A DNA stretch of 35,009 nucleotides, from assembly GCA_046726415.1 (NCBI GenBank), contig JBKPAK010000021.1, positions 1 to 35,009 on the forward strand. Direction: 5' to 3'. Positions 24,879 to 34,751 of this stretch are shown in pieces. The stretch's first letter is position 1. Each line of letters opens with the position of its first letter. The notes under the pieces are model-generated. The model made no database searches and was not told where the DNA came from. It worked only from the letters and a program-made list of their open reading frames with translations. Origin of the DNA: Candidatus Methylomirabilota bacterium. GTDB taxonomy: Bacteria; Methylomirabilota; Methylomirabilia; Rokubacteriales; CSP1-6. Both the position numbers and the translations under genes were made by a program.

Positions 24879-26477
24879 CTAGCGGAACTGCCGGAGGAGA
24901 TCCCTGAGGCCGCGCTCGAGCGTGCGGCTGTCGACCTCGCGCAAGGTCCCGAGGGCGTCGACCCGAAGCACGGGCGCTTTTGTCGTCCCCGTCACCCGCG
25001 CTTTCACGTGTTCGCCTCGATACTTCATGGTGAGGTCGAAGTCCAGCCTGCCGGTCACCAGCGCGTAGTCCCCGGTCATGGCGACGCTGAAGCCCCGGCC
25101 CGTGTAGAGGAGATCGAGCGTGCTGACCACGCCGTTCCGGATCCGGTAGCCTCCGGTGATCGAGGTGAACTCGAACGGCGATGGAATCTCCTCACCCACG
25201 GCCGAGGCCGCGAGGTCGGCGGCCTTGACCACGTCGCCGAAGAGCTTGAGGGCGCTGGCCCCGACCACCCGACCTCGTCCGATGGTGAACCGACCACCGC
25301 CCTCCAGGGATTCCAGGGCGTGGGGCGCCCGCGCCGTGAGCGACCCCGACAGGTCGAGCGGCCCGGTGACGGCGTACGCGTCACAGAGAAACTCGACGAG
25401 GACGCGCTCGAGGGGAAGCCCGCGCACGCTGATGTCGCTCAGGGCAACCAGCAGTCCCCCCGCCAAGGTCAAGGCGACGTTGGCGGTCGTCTCCCCTCCC
25501 GCAACCTTGATGGCGACCGGTCGACTCACGAGGCGGCCATCGGCCCAGCTGATCGCGATGGACGCGTCATCCACTCGGAGCGTGCGCTCTGGCGGGCGGC
25601 ACTCCGGGTTCGCGCCGCTCACCAGGGCCGCCGGGAACAACACCTGACCGGACGCACGAGGTGAGCCAACCACACCGGCCAGGCTGAGCGTCCCCGAAAC
25701 TCGACCACTCAGGCTGATCCCAGCCGGCGCCAGGGAGGCGACCAGCGCGCCGACGTCCGCACTTTCAAAGCTCACGTGGCCTCGGAGGGGCGCTTCGGAG
25801 AGCGAACCCACTCTGCCTACCGCGATGCTTCCTTCGGTCAGGCGCACAGCGATGTCGCCGGGTACGATGAGGCCGGTGCCGCTCACGAGAAGGGCGGCGC
25901 CGTCGCTTCGCAGCCTCGCGCTGACATCCACCAGGCGGTACTCGCCGGCGGCGGAATGGGAAACGAAGGTGATGACTCCCTTCTCGATGGCGAGACCGGC
26001 GGCGAGGAGCGATGTTCCGGAAGTCGTGTTCGCCGCACGCGGCTCACGTCCCGCCGGGGCCGCTGGGGTGTGCTGGCCCCAGCCGAGGCTCGCCACGTTG
26101 AGCCTCCCGTCAGCGCTTTCCACCACCCGGATCAGGGGCCGCTCCAGCGTGAGTTTTCCAAACTCGAGACGCCCGGCGAGCAACGGGCGCAAGCGCAGTG
26201 ACAGAAAACCTCGTTCCAGCGTCACGAAGGGCGCCGTGCCGAACCGGGGATCCTCGGCCACCACGAGGCCGTGCAACTCGACCGCCGGCGTCGGCAGCAG
26301 ACGCGCGGACACCGAGGAAAAGCGGACCGAACGACCGAGGCTCTGGCTCGCGTTCGCCGCGACGAGCGCCTGGACCCGCGGCAGGTCCACGAGGTGGGGG
26401 AGCGCCAGGACGGCGAGGATGAGCAGGACGACGAGCGCGGCTGCCCCGGTACCGACCCACAGGGCAAGCCGCGTCAC
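24879..26477 (-). CDS. AsmA-family protein
   Basis: N-terminal TM anchor, LRLRPLLAG...LERP, beta-rich body and AsmA-like C-terminus. Start placed at the GTG after the upstream stop. Confidence 0.8.
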   Translation of the reverse strand: MTRLALWVGTGAAALVVLLILAVLALPHLVDLPRVQALVAANASQSLGRSVRFSSVSARLLPTPAVELHGLVVAEDPRFGTAPFVTLERGFLSLRLRPLLAGRLEFGKLTLERPLIRVVESADGRLNVASLGWGQHTPAAPAGREPRAANTTSGTSLLAAGLAIEKGVITFVSHSAAGEYRLVDVSARLRSDGAALLVSGTGLIVPGDIAVRLTEGSIAVGRVGSLSEAPLRGHVSFESADVGALVASLAPAGISLSGRVSGTLSLAGVVGSPRASGQVLFPAALVSGANPECRPPERTLRVDDASIAISWADGRLVSRPVAIKVAGGETTANVALTLAGGLLVALSDISVRGLPLERVLVEFLCDAYAVTGPLDLSGSLTARAPHALESLEGGGRFTIGRGRVVGASALKLFGDVVKAADLAASAVGEEIPSPFEFTSITGGYRIRNGVVSTLDLLYTGRGFSVAMTGDYALVTGRLDFDLTMKYRGEHVKARVTGTTKAPVLRVDALGTLREVDSRTLERGLRDLLRQFR

Positions 26478-26490
26478 GTCCAGGAGGCGC

Positions 26491-27468
26491 TTACGCGGTC
26501 TGGATGGCCGAGAGCTGCCAGGGATTGCTGCCGACGCTGCGGACGAACGTCCAAAACTCCTCGACGTTCTGCGGCGCGGTCTTCGACCCCTCGACAACTC
26601 GGTCCGTCGCGTCGTCGACGGTGTAGTCGAGCATCGACGCGGTAATGTACACGGTCACGAAGTCGCGGCCTCCCTCTTGCCACGCCTCGGTGACCTCCGC
26701 GCGCTGGATCCGGATCTGCTCGACATGGTTGGTCTGGCGCGCGGCCCGCAGGCGGTCGCACTGGGCCTGGAGTGTTGCATAGATCTCCGGGCTGATGCGG
26801 TCGCGGAGCCAGCTTACGTCCCGCTGGCTCACCCCCTGCTGGACTTCCAGAAACGCGTTGCGGGCGACGGGCGAGAACGCCTCCGGGCTGAAGCCAGGGT
26901 CCATCTGCCGGATGTGGGCGACCCCTCGCTCGAGATCCGAAAGGCCAGCTGGGACCTCCATGGTGCCTACGCTCCCTCCCGAGGGGGGGTCGCCGCGATC
27001 GTCGTGGGCTCCGTACGCGCTGGAGGAAGCACCTGCGGCGGCGTAAGCCGGCTGTGGGGAGGCCGTCCGGCGCCTGCGCAGGAACATGATGAGCAGCGCG
27101 ATCCCCCCACCGATCAGGAGCAGGTCGAAGAGACCGAATCCGAGGCCGCTCCCCAGACCATGCCCTAGCCCTCCGAACAGCATGCTGCCGAGCAGCCCAC
27201 CCAGCGCGAAGCCGGCTAGACCGCCCATGAGCCCGCCGAACATGCTGGGGCGTTGCTGCTGGAAGGGGGTCGGCGCCGGCTGTCCGTAGCTCCGGGATGG
27301 ACTCGATGGAGAGGCCGGCCCCGACGGCGCTGGACGAGCGGGCGACGAGTACGAGCGGGATCCACGACTCCCGCCGCCACCCGCGCGAGCCCAGGCCTCC
27401 CCCGCTTGTCCGATGAGGAATGCGGATAGCGTGATTGTTACCAGTGGAACCAGGGCTCGACGTATCAT
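26491..27468 (-). CDS. Tim44-domain protein
   Basis: GGAGG RBS; signal peptide, ARAGGGGSRGSRS, Gly-rich TM region, DPGF, EEFWTFVR, WQLSAIQ. Confidence 0.88.
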   Translation of the reverse strand: MIRRALVPLVTITLSAFLIGQAGEAWARAGGGGSRGSRSYSSPARPAPSGPASPSSPSRSYGQPAPTPFQQQRPSMFGGLMGGLAGFALGGLLGSMLFGGLGHGLGSGLGFGLFDLLLIGGGIALLIMFLRRRRTASPQPAYAAAGASSSAYGAHDDRGDPPSGGSVGTMEVPAGLSDLERGVAHIRQMDPGFSPEAFSPVARNAFLEVQQGVSQRDVSWLRDRISPEIYATLQAQCDRLRAARQTNHVEQIRIQRAEVTEAWQEGGRDFVTVYITASMLDYTVDDATDRVVEGSKTAPQNVEEFWTFVRSVGSNPWQLSAIQTA

Positions 27469-27601
27469 GAGCCTACCTCCCGTTCGCGGGTCTCGCCTAC
27501 GTTCAAAGGCTCTCGCGCAAGCAAATTCTAGCGTGTTCTCGCACCTGTACATTCTAGCTGCTCTATTGTAGCGCGTTCTCGCGCGTTCGCCCGGGCGACG
27601 T

Positions 27602-28570
27602 TCAGGGAATAAGCAGTACCTTGCCGGTGGTGCGTCGGCTTTCGAGGGCTCGATGGGCCTCGGCCGCATCTTTCAGGGGGAACTCGAACTCCGTGCGCAG
27701 CTTGAGCTTACCGTCCCGGATCCAGCTCAGGACCTCGCCCGCCCGCTGCACCAGCTCCGCCCGCGTTGCCGTGTGGTTGTTGAGGCTCGGCCGAGTGAGG
27801 AAGAGCGACCCTCCCGCACCTAGTCTGCTGACGTCGAAAGGCCCGACGGCGCCGCTGGACTGGCCGTAGAGCACCATCATTCCGCGCGGAGCCAGGCAGG
27901 AGAACCCCTTGTCGAAGGTGTCCTTCCCGACCGCGTCGTACACGACTTGAAGTCCCCTCCCACCGGTCAGGCGTTTGACCTCCTCCACGAAGTCCTGCCG
28001 GGTGTAGAGGATCACCTCGTCGGCGCCGGCTTCTCGAGCCAGCTTCGCCTTGTCGTCAGTGGATACGGTCCCGATGACGCGCGCACCACGCATCTTTGCG
28101 ATCTGACAGAGCAGCAGCCCGACGCCGCCCGCCGCCGCGTGGACCAGGCACGCGTCCCCTGGTTTGAGGGGCCACGTGCTGCAGGCAAGATAGTGAGCCG
28201 TCATTCCCTGCAGCATGGCGGCGGCGCCGTGCTTGGTGCTGAGGCCAGGCGGCAGGACGATCAACCGGTCGGCGGGCACCACCGAATACTCTGCGTAGGC
28301 CCCAGGAACTCCCGTGTATGCCACCTTGTCGCCAACCTTCACGTCGGTGACGTTGGCGCCCACCGCCGTCACCGTGCCTGCCGCCTCCATGCCGATTGTC
28401 AGCGGCGTCTCGGCCTTGTAGAGGCCGGACCGGTAGTACACGTCGATGTAATTCAGGCCAGCGGCGTCGACCTTGACCACCGCATGTCCGGGCTTGGGCT
28501 CGGGTTCCGGGACATCCTCGTAGCGAAGAGCTTCCGGTCCCCCGGGCGAGTGGACGCGAATCGCTTTCAT
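27602..28570 (-). CDS. qor: NADPH:quinone oxidoreductase (zeta-crystallin family)
   Basis: GGPEAL, GLNYIDVYYRSGLY, HAAAGGVG, YGQSSG, SLFLTRP, TTGKVLL. Confidence 0.93.
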   Translation of the reverse strand: MKAIRVHSPGGPEALRYEDVPEPEPKPGHAVVKVDAAGLNYIDVYYRSGLYKAETPLTIGMEAAGTVTAVGANVTDVKVGDKVAYTGVPGAYAEYSVVPADRLIVLPPGLSTKHGAAAMLQGMTAHYLACSTWPLKPGDACLVHAAAGGVGLLLCQIAKMRGARVIGTVSTDDKAKLAREAGADEVILYTRQDFVEEVKRLTGGRGLQVVYDAVGKDTFDKGFSCLAPRGMMVLYGQSSGAVGPFDVSRLGAGGSLFLTRPSLNNHTATRAELVQRAGEVLSWIRDGKLKLRTEFEFPLKDAAEAHRALESRRTTGKVLLIP

Positions 28571-28625
28571 TGCGAGCCTCCTCCCTGGATGCGTCGCGGT
28601 TGCTGACGTGTCGCGGATGCCGCGA

Positions 28626-28634
28626 ATTATAGCA
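28626..28634 (-). promoter_or_regulatory. Extended -10 promoter upstream of qor
   Basis: TGCTATAAT (TGnTATAAT) on the minus strand, 55 nt before the start codon. Confidence 0.6.
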
Positions 28635-28736
28635 ACGGCGGCAAGGGCGAAGGAGTTGGCTAACCCCCGGTACCGTGCTGGCGCGCGGGCGGCAACTCGC
28701 CCAAGCGCGCCGCGGAAGGAGTTCCTTCGGCGAAGC

Positions 28737-29321
28737 TCAGCGCATCCGGGAGAGATCGAGGCTGAAGCGACTCACCTCTCGGCCCTCGGCATCGCGCACC
28801 ACCAGCGCACCGCGCGAGACCCCAGTGAGGTCCTTGCTGGGAAACCCGTAGACGCAGCGGGCCATGAAGTCACCGCCGGCCTGTTTCAGCGCTGTCCTCT
28901 CGTTCTGGACGAACGTCGGAACGATCTCGTGCTCTCTGCCGTCGCCGCTGGCCACGATGAGACGGGGCGCGTAGTGCCGGGCGAAGTCCTCCCGGGTGCC
29001 CTTGAGAAGCACCCACACCGACAGCCGGTCCTTCAGCTCCCCGAGGATCCGCCCCTGCTCGGCTGGCGTGAGCGGTTCGCTCTTGAAGGCAGCGTGCCGG
29101 GCGGCGAGAGCAATGCGGTGGAACGGCGTCACCACCGTCGCCACTTCGCCGGCCGGGTTGGTCACCCGCCATTCGGCGTCGAAGGCGGTGTCGTTCGTCG
29201 CACTTCGCCGGCCGAGCGCTATCGCTTGCCCGATCTCCCGCTCACCGAGCACGAGCGAGGCCCCCTCGGCGCTGGAGAGACCGAGGGGCATCGCCAAGGC
29301 CATCGCCAAGACTCGCCTCAT
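28737..29321 (-). CDS. Hypothetical exported protein
   Basis: Signal-peptide-like N-terminus; ATGA overlap with the upstream M16 gene. Confidence 0.7.
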   Translation of the reverse strand: MRRVLAMALAMPLGLSSAEGASLVLGEREIGQAIALGRRSATNDTAFDAEWRVTNPAGEVATVVTPFHRIALAARHAAFKSEPLTPAEQGRILGELKDRLSVWVLLKGTREDFARHYAPRLIVASGDGREHEIVPTFVQNERTALKQAGGDFMARCVYGFPSKDLTGVSRGALVVRDAEGREVSRFSLDLSRMR

Positions 29322-30691
29322 GGGGTTTGACCGACCACGACGCGACTGAACGTATCGGGCGCAAAGAATCGCGAGCTCACCCGCCGAACGTCCGCGGCCG
29401 TCACCCTGGCAATCTCCCGCCGGTATCGCTCGGCGTAGTCGAGCCCGAGCCCCTGGGCTTCGGCAATCGTGATGAAGGTGGCGACCTTCGCTGTCGTGTC
29501 CAACCGCAACGGAAACCCGCCGATGAGATTTGATTTGGCCAGATCGAGCTCCCAGCCCTGGACGGGCTCGCGCCCCATCCGCGCCATCTCCTCATGAAAG
29601 AGGTCGATGACCCTCGCCACCGCAGCGGTCCGGGTCTGCCCTCCCACGATCAGAGAGGCACCGTAGCGGGCTGGCCCGATATCGGTCCACACCGCGTAGG
29701 CCAGTCCGCCTTCGTCGCGGACGCGCCCATACAGGCGGGAGGACGCCCCGCCGCCGAGAACGTAGGACGCCACGGCGAGGGGGAAGTAATCGGGATCGGT
29801 CTGGCGGATCGCCCGACGGCCCATCAGGATGGTGGCCTGAGCCAGGTCCCGCTTGATCGTTTCGACGCGGGGCGGCCCCTCAACGGTGGCCATGGCCAGG
29901 GTGGGCACTGGCGTCGCTGGCCGCGCCCACTGTCCGAAGCGCGTCATGATCTCGCGGCGTGCCTCGTCCACGGTGATCGCCCCGACAAGCGCGACAATGG
30001 CCGTGTCTGGCCGCAGGTGGCCCTGGTAGAAGCCGACGACGTCAGCTCGCGTGAGCTTGGCAACAGAATCCCGCGTTCCTTCCACCGGCCAGGCGTAGGG
30101 ATGCGGGGCGAAGACGAGGCGCCGAAGGGCCCGCACCGCCAGCCCGTCGGGACTCTCATCGGCCCGCTGGATGGCGGCCTGGATCTCCTTGACCTTGCGC
30201 GCCACTTCCGCCTCGGGGAATGCTGGCCAGAGCACCACATCGGCCAGGAGATCTAGCCCGAGCATCAGGTCCTTCCGAAGGATGTCGACCGCAGCGACCA
30301 GGCCGTCGCGGTCCGCGCCGGCGTCCAGCCGGCCTCCCACGAACTCGATGGCGGCATCGATCTCCGCCGCGTTGCGCTTGACGGTCCCGCGAGTGAGAAG
30401 CTCCGCCGTCAGATTGGCGAGCCCCTGGCGGTCGGACGGATCGAAGGCCGAGCCCGCCCCCTGGACATACACGCGCGCGGCCACAATGGGCACGCCCGGG
30501 CGCTCGGCCACGAGCAGCACGATCCCGTTTGGCAGAACCTCGCGATGCGCGATCGCCGCCGCCATCGCCGGCATCGCCGCGAGAAGGAGGGTGCCGGCGA
30601 TCACCGCTCCGAGCGCGGTCGGCCACCGTCGCGTTCGTGGGCGGCGATCGGCCGCGTTACTCTCGATCGAGCTGCGCCGCCAACGCACCAT
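29318..30691 (-). CDS. M16B peptidase, non-catalytic partner subunit
   Basis: LPNG and GS motifs; HxxEH replaced by NLTAE; carries SSRLY..VR...GLAY. Start position uncertain. Confidence 0.88.
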   Translation of the reverse strand: MVRWRRSSIESNAADRRPRTRRWPTALGAVIAGTLLLAAMPAMAAAIAHREVLPNGIVLLVAERPGVPIVAARVYVQGAGSAFDPSDRQGLANLTAELLTRGTVKRNAAEIDAAIEFVGGRLDAGADRDGLVAAVDILRKDLMLGLDLLADVVLWPAFPEAEVARKVKEIQAAIQRADESPDGLAVRALRRLVFAPHPYAWPVEGTRDSVAKLTRADVVGFYQGHLRPDTAIVALVGAITVDEARREIMTRFGQWARPATPVPTLAMATVEGPPRVETIKRDLAQATILMGRRAIRQTDPDYFPLAVASYVLGGGASSRLYGRVRDEGGLAYAVWTDIGPARYGASLIVGGQTRTAAVARVIDLFHEEMARMGREPVQGWELDLAKSNLIGGFPLRLDTTAKVATFITIAEAQGLGLDYAERYRREIARVTAADVRRVSSRFFAPDTFSRVVVGQTP

Positions 30692-31995
30692 CAGCGCTTG
30701 GGCAAAAGGATCCCGACGTTCTTCCGGTCGGTGGGGAAATACGTCCGGGCCACCCGCACGAGGTCCGCGGCGCTGACCGCGCGGATCTTCTCGAGGAACG
30801 TCCGGTCGAGCGCGTAGCCGCCGATCAGCTCGAACTGGGCGAGCTGGCTCGCGCGCTGGGCGATTGAATCCTGGGCGAAGACGAATGCCGCCTCGATCTG
30901 ATTCTTGGCGCGCTGCAGCTCTTCGTCGAGCACCGGCTCGGCCTTGAGTCGCTCCATCTGGCTCAGGAGGGCGGCCTCGACCGCCTCTGGCGTGTGGCCA
31001 GGCAGCGGAGTCGCCCAGAACCAGAAGAGATAGGGATCGAGCATGAAGGACGTGTAGTGCCCCCCGGCCTCGAGGGCGATGTGCCCCTCGGAGACGAGGG
31101 CGCGATACAGGCGTGAGGCCCGGCCACCGGAGAGCACGGTCGAGAGGACATTCAGCGCCGGAGCGTCCGCTGAGGCGCCGCTAGGGACATGGTAGGCGAG
31201 GTAGACGACCGGCAGCTCAGCTTGGCGCTGCACGATCACCCGTCGCTCGCCACTCTGCAGGGGCTCCACCGCGAGCACGGGCGGTGGATCGGGGCCGCGG
31301 GGGATCTTCCCGAAGCGCTGCTTGATGCGCTCGAGGAGCTCGGCCGCGCGGAAGTCACCCACGGCGACGACCAAGGCGTTGTTGGGAACGTAGTAGGTCT
31401 GGTAGAAGGCGCGCATTACCTCCGGGGTGATGCGCTCCACGTCAACGGCCCAACCTATCACCGGCTGGCCATACGGATGGGCTTTGAAAGCAAGCGCACT
31501 CACTTCCTCGGACAGGAAGCCCCCCGGGTCGTCCTCCGTGCGCGTCCGCCGTTCCTCGAGAACAACCTGGCGCTCGGAGCTGATGTCCGTCGGCTCGAGA
31601 AGGAGGTTCTGCATGCGGTCGGCCTCGAGATCGATGACGAGCGGGAGGCGGTCGGCCGCGATGTTGACGTAGTACGAGGTCACGTCCTGACTGGTGAAGG
31701 CGTTGTCCTGGCCTCCGTTCTGTTCCACCAGCCGCGAGAACTGGCGGGGGCCGTGCGTCGGCGTGCCTTTGAACATCATGTGCTCCAGGAAGTGGGCGAG
31801 GCCGGTGCGGCCGCGTACCTCGTTGCGGGAGCCGACTCGATACCACACCTGGAAGGTTGCGATCGGGCTCCGATGGTCTTCCAGGAGGAGCACCCGAAGT
31901 CCGTTATCCAGGGTGGCGGCAACGACCCCATCGGCCGCGCAGGCGGGCACGGCCGAGACAAGGAGAAACATCGCGACGAGGATCAAACGCCGCAC
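30691..31995 (-). CDS. M16B zinc peptidase, catalytic subunit
   Basis: Signal peptide, LDNGL, YRVGS, GLAHFLEHMMFKGT, NAFT, ERQVVLEERR. Confidence 0.93.
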   Translation of the reverse strand: MRRLILVAMFLLVSAVPACAADGVVAATLDNGLRVLLLEDHRSPIATFQVWYRVGSRNEVRGRTGLAHFLEHMMFKGTPTHGPRQFSRLVEQNGGQDNAFTSQDVTSYYVNIAADRLPLVIDLEADRMQNLLLEPTDISSERQVVLEERRTRTEDDPGGFLSEEVSALAFKAHPYGQPVIGWAVDVERITPEVMRAFYQTYYVPNNALVVAVGDFRAAELLERIKQRFGKIPRGPDPPPVLAVEPLQSGERRVIVQRQAELPVVYLAYHVPSGASADAPALNVLSTVLSGGRASRLYRALVSEGHIALEAGGHYTSFMLDPYLFWFWATPLPGHTPEAVEAALLSQMERLKAEPVLDEELQRAKNQIEAAFVFAQDSIAQRASQLAQFELIGGYALDRTFLEKIRAVSAADLVRVARTYFPTDRKNVGILLPKR

Positions 31996-32057
31996 ACCGA
32001 AAGTATACCGACATGAGGTCGCGTTTGCCGTGACCGCCTGGTGTATGATCGCCTTGC

Positions 32058-33101
32058 ATGCGACCGTGGTTGCTGTTCGCCCTGCTCCTGCTTTTCACGG
32101 GGCAGGCCTCCGCCGCAATCTGCAGTGACCCACTCACCGCTCTCTTCGACCGGGTGTCCCCAACGGTTGTCTCGATCCAGGCCATGAAGATCAACAAGGC
32201 CAAGCCTCAGCGCCGATTCGAAACCGTAGTGGGTTCGGGGGTCATTATCGAGCGGGATGGCCAAGTGCTCACCAACGCCCATGTGGTCGACGGGGCTGCC
32301 TCGCTCTCGGTGACTTTGGATTCCAAGGAGAAGGTTCCGGCCCGCGTCGTCGGGCTCGATCCCGTTCTCGACCTGGCCCTCTTGCGCTTTGAGACGACGA
32401 CCGCGTTGGCCACCGCGCGTCTCGGGGACTCGTCCACCCTCAAGGTCGGCGAGGAGGTCGTCGCCATCGGCAACCCAATCGGTCTCGATCAGACCATGAC
32501 GCGCGGGATCGTGAGCGCTCTCAATCGCCTCCTGCCCGGCATCTCCGACCAGGCGCTGATCCAAACGGATGCCCCTATCAATCCCGGTAACTCCGGCGGC
32601 CCGCTGTTCGACCGCTGCGGCTACGTGATTGGGATCAGCACCTTCATCTCCGAGGACGCCCAGAGCATCGGCTTCGCGGTGCCGGTCAACGCGGCCAAGA
32701 TCGTCCTGAGGGATCTTCGGGAGCAAGGGCGAGTCGTCCGACCATGGCTCGGCATGCAAGGGCGAGAGCTCGACAATCGGGTTGGCTCTCTCCTCCGCTT
32801 TCCCGTGACGCCCGGCTACCTGGTCGAGGTCGTCTTCGACGGCAGCCCGGCCGATCGCGCCGGCATTCGTGGGGGAAACCTCTCGGTCGTCATTCAGGGT
32901 GACGAGTACTTGCTGGGCGGGGACATCCTCACGTCGATCCAGGGCACAGCCATCCGCACCCACCTGGAGTATCTCGCCAAGGTCCGCACGCTTCGCCCCG
33001 GACAGAAAGCGAAGGTCACCGTCCTCCGGGACGGCCAGCCGCGCGAGTTCACGCTCACCGTGGCCGAGCGGCCGCGTCTACCCTCGGATCTGGTCGATTG
33101 A
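32058..33101 (+). CDS. HtrA/DegQ-like trypsin serine protease with a PDZ domain
   Basis: GSG, TNAHVV, DLALL, IQTDAPINPGNSGGP and a C-terminal PDZ. Confidence 0.93.
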   Translation: MRPWLLFALLLLFTGQASAAICSDPLTALFDRVSPTVVSIQAMKINKAKPQRRFETVVGSGVIIERDGQVLTNAHVVDGAASLSVTLDSKEKVPARVVGLDPVLDLALLRFETTTALATARLGDSSTLKVGEEVVAIGNPIGLDQTMTRGIVSALNRLLPGISDQALIQTDAPINPGNSGGPLFDRCGYVIGISTFISEDAQSIGFAVPVNAAKIVLRDLREQGRVVRPWLGMQGRELDNRVGSLLRFPVTPGYLVEVVFDGSPADRAGIRGGNLSVVIQGDEYLLGGDILTSIQGTAIRTHLEYLAKVRTLRPGQKAKVTVLRDGQPREFTLTVAERPRLPSDLVD

Positions 33102-33108
33102 TCGAGGT

Positions 33109-33132
33109 CGGGGGAGCGAAACCGCTCCCCCG
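33109..33132. repeat. Perfect GC hairpin between convergent genes (REP-like or terminator-like)
   Basis: CGGGGGAGCG-AAAC-CGCTCCCCCG followed by ACCTCC, the same layout as in the 83-bp unit. Confidence 0.6.
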
Positions 33133-33250
33133 GATACCTCCACCGGGATCACGCGCGGTGGTGTGCTCAACGGCGGGGGCGTGCCACGCGACCGCTCGGA
33201 TGACGGACCACTCGGCACTGTCGTTGGGCGCGACACCGAGCTCGGATTCG

Positions 33251-33958
33251 TCACACCGTTTGAGCCGATCGCCTCAACAGGCGCCGCGCCGTGGCGAAGA
33301 CTTGGCGCAGCATCGAACGCGTCAGCTTACCCGTGAACGTGTTCTGCTGACTCGGATGATACGAGCCGATGAGCACGCACCCGTCCTCGAACCGCGTCTG
33401 GATGTTGTGACCGAATACTGGCGTGGCGGTCGGCGGCGAGGCACCGAGGGCGCGACGCGCCTGAAGGTAGGTCGTCCAGCCGACGCGCCCTAGGCCGACC
33501 ACCACCCGCGCGCCGGTGAAGTGCCGCAACTCCTCGAGGAGGTACGGCCGGCAGGTTATCAGCTCAGCGGAGGACAGCTTGTTGGCCGGAGGCGCGCAGC
33601 GCGCCGCTGCCGTGACGTACGCATCTCGGAGGCGGAGGCCGTCGGCGCGGTGCTCGGATGTTGGCTGGCTGGCGAACCCCGTCTCGTACAGAGCCCGGAA
33701 GAGCCAGGTGCCGCTCTGATCCCCCGTGAACATCCGGCCGGTGCGGTTACCGCCATGCGCCGCGGGCGCCAAGCCCACCAGCAGCAGGTGCGCGCGAGGA
33801 TCTCCGAAGCCGGGCAGAGGCCTCGCCCAGTACACCTGATTGCGATAGCGTGAGGGAGGCGCCGCCGCTACCGCCTCGCGGTGGGCGACCAGGCGGGGGC
33901 AGAGGCGGCAGGCCACGATCGCCGCGTTGAGGCTCGCCAAGGAGGTGGGGGTAGGCAA
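33251..33958 (-). CDS. Uracil-DNA glycosylase family 5 (UdgB-like)
   Basis: CRLCPRL Fe-S motif, GLAPAAHGGNRTG, RCAPP.NK, YHPSQQN. TTG 33958 start is estimated. Confidence 0.9.
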   Translation of the reverse strand: MPTPTSLASLNAAIVACRLCPRLVAHREAVAAAPPSRYRNQVYWARPLPGFGDPRAHLLLVGLAPAAHGGNRTGRMFTGDQSGTWLFRALYETGFASQPTSEHRADGLRLRDAYVTAAARCAPPANKLSSAELITCRPYLLEELRHFTGARVVVGLGRVGWTTYLQARRALGASPPTATPVFGHNIQTRFEDGCVLIGSYHPSQQNTFTGKLTRSMLRQVFATARRLLRRSAQTV

Positions 33959-34032
33959 TCTGCGCGGATTGTGGCATGGCGACGGCCTTGCGGCCAATGG
34001 ACCGCCTCGAGATCTCGTCTGACGCAAGTCCC

Positions 34033-34644
34033 TCAGGCGACCTGAAGGTTTCCCGCGATGACCTCGCGAGTCTGTCGCGCCAATTCGAGAGCCGCCAGGC
34101 GTGACTCCAGTGACGGATCGGGAACGACGAGCGGGTGATACGTGATGCGGATGTGGCCTCGCCTGGGAAAGAGCTGCCCCGGCGGCCATGCTCGGGTCCC
34201 ACCGTCGATCGTCACCGGGAGCACGGGCACATTGAGCGCGACCGCAAGGCGAAAAGCCCCGGGCTTGAAGGACTGCACCCTCCCGTCGGGGCTCCGTCCG
34301 CCCTCCGGGAAGATCATCAGCGCTTCGCCCCCTTCAAGGAGACGGACTGCCTCGCGTGCGGCGCGTGGGTCTCGCGACTCGAGACGGACCGGAAACGCGC
34401 GAAGTCGCCTGATCATCCAGTTCAGGCCGGGGATCTCGAAGAGGCGATCCCAGGCCATGTAGTAGACAGGACGGCGGACGGGAATGCTGACGAGCGGTGG
34501 ATCCGCGTACGTCTGGTGATTGGGCGCGATGATTACCGCACCGCTTTGGGGAATGTTGTCGATCCCCACGAGCTGCAGACCAAAGTACATGCGGCAGAGT
34601 GCATGGAAGCCAGGCCGCGCGAGATCCAGAATCGGCGTCCGCAC
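34033..34644 (-). CDS. 1-acyl-sn-glycerol-3-phosphate acyltransferase (PlsC-like)
   Basis: NHQTYAD (HxxxxD) and FPEGGRS motifs. Confidence 0.9.
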   Translation of the reverse strand: MRTPILDLARPGFHALCRMYFGLQLVGIDNIPQSGAVIIAPNHQTYADPPLVSIPVRRPVYYMAWDRLFEIPGLNWMIRRLRAFPVRLESRDPRAAREAVRLLEGGEALMIFPEGGRSPDGRVQSFKPGAFRLAVALNVPVLPVTIDGGTRAWPPGQLFPRRGHIRITYHPLVVPDPSLESRLAALELARQTREVIAGNLQVA

Positions 34645-34691
34645 GCTGCTACGTTACACTCCTCGGCGAAGGACGTCCTGAGCGCCGGAAC

Positions 34692-34724
34692 ACAACAAAG
34701 GGGGCGGGATGCGACCCGCCCCCT
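34692..34724 (-). terminator. Rho-independent terminator after the DksA/TraR gene
   Basis: Minus strand AGGGGGCGGG-TCGCAT-CCCGCCCCCT followed by TTGTTGT. Confidence 0.6.
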
Positions 34725-34751
34725 CTGGGAGGCAATTGCTGCTGAGCGGTC

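Noticed and set aside
29318-30691. M16 peptidase lacking HxxEH as a novel or dead enzyme
   Set aside because: This is the normal non-catalytic partner of a heterodimeric M16B pair, next to the HFLEH-containing subunit.
33098-33493. 131-aa ORF after the HtrA-like gene
   Set aside because: It runs through a GC hairpin and antisense into UDG, with no protein-like motifs.
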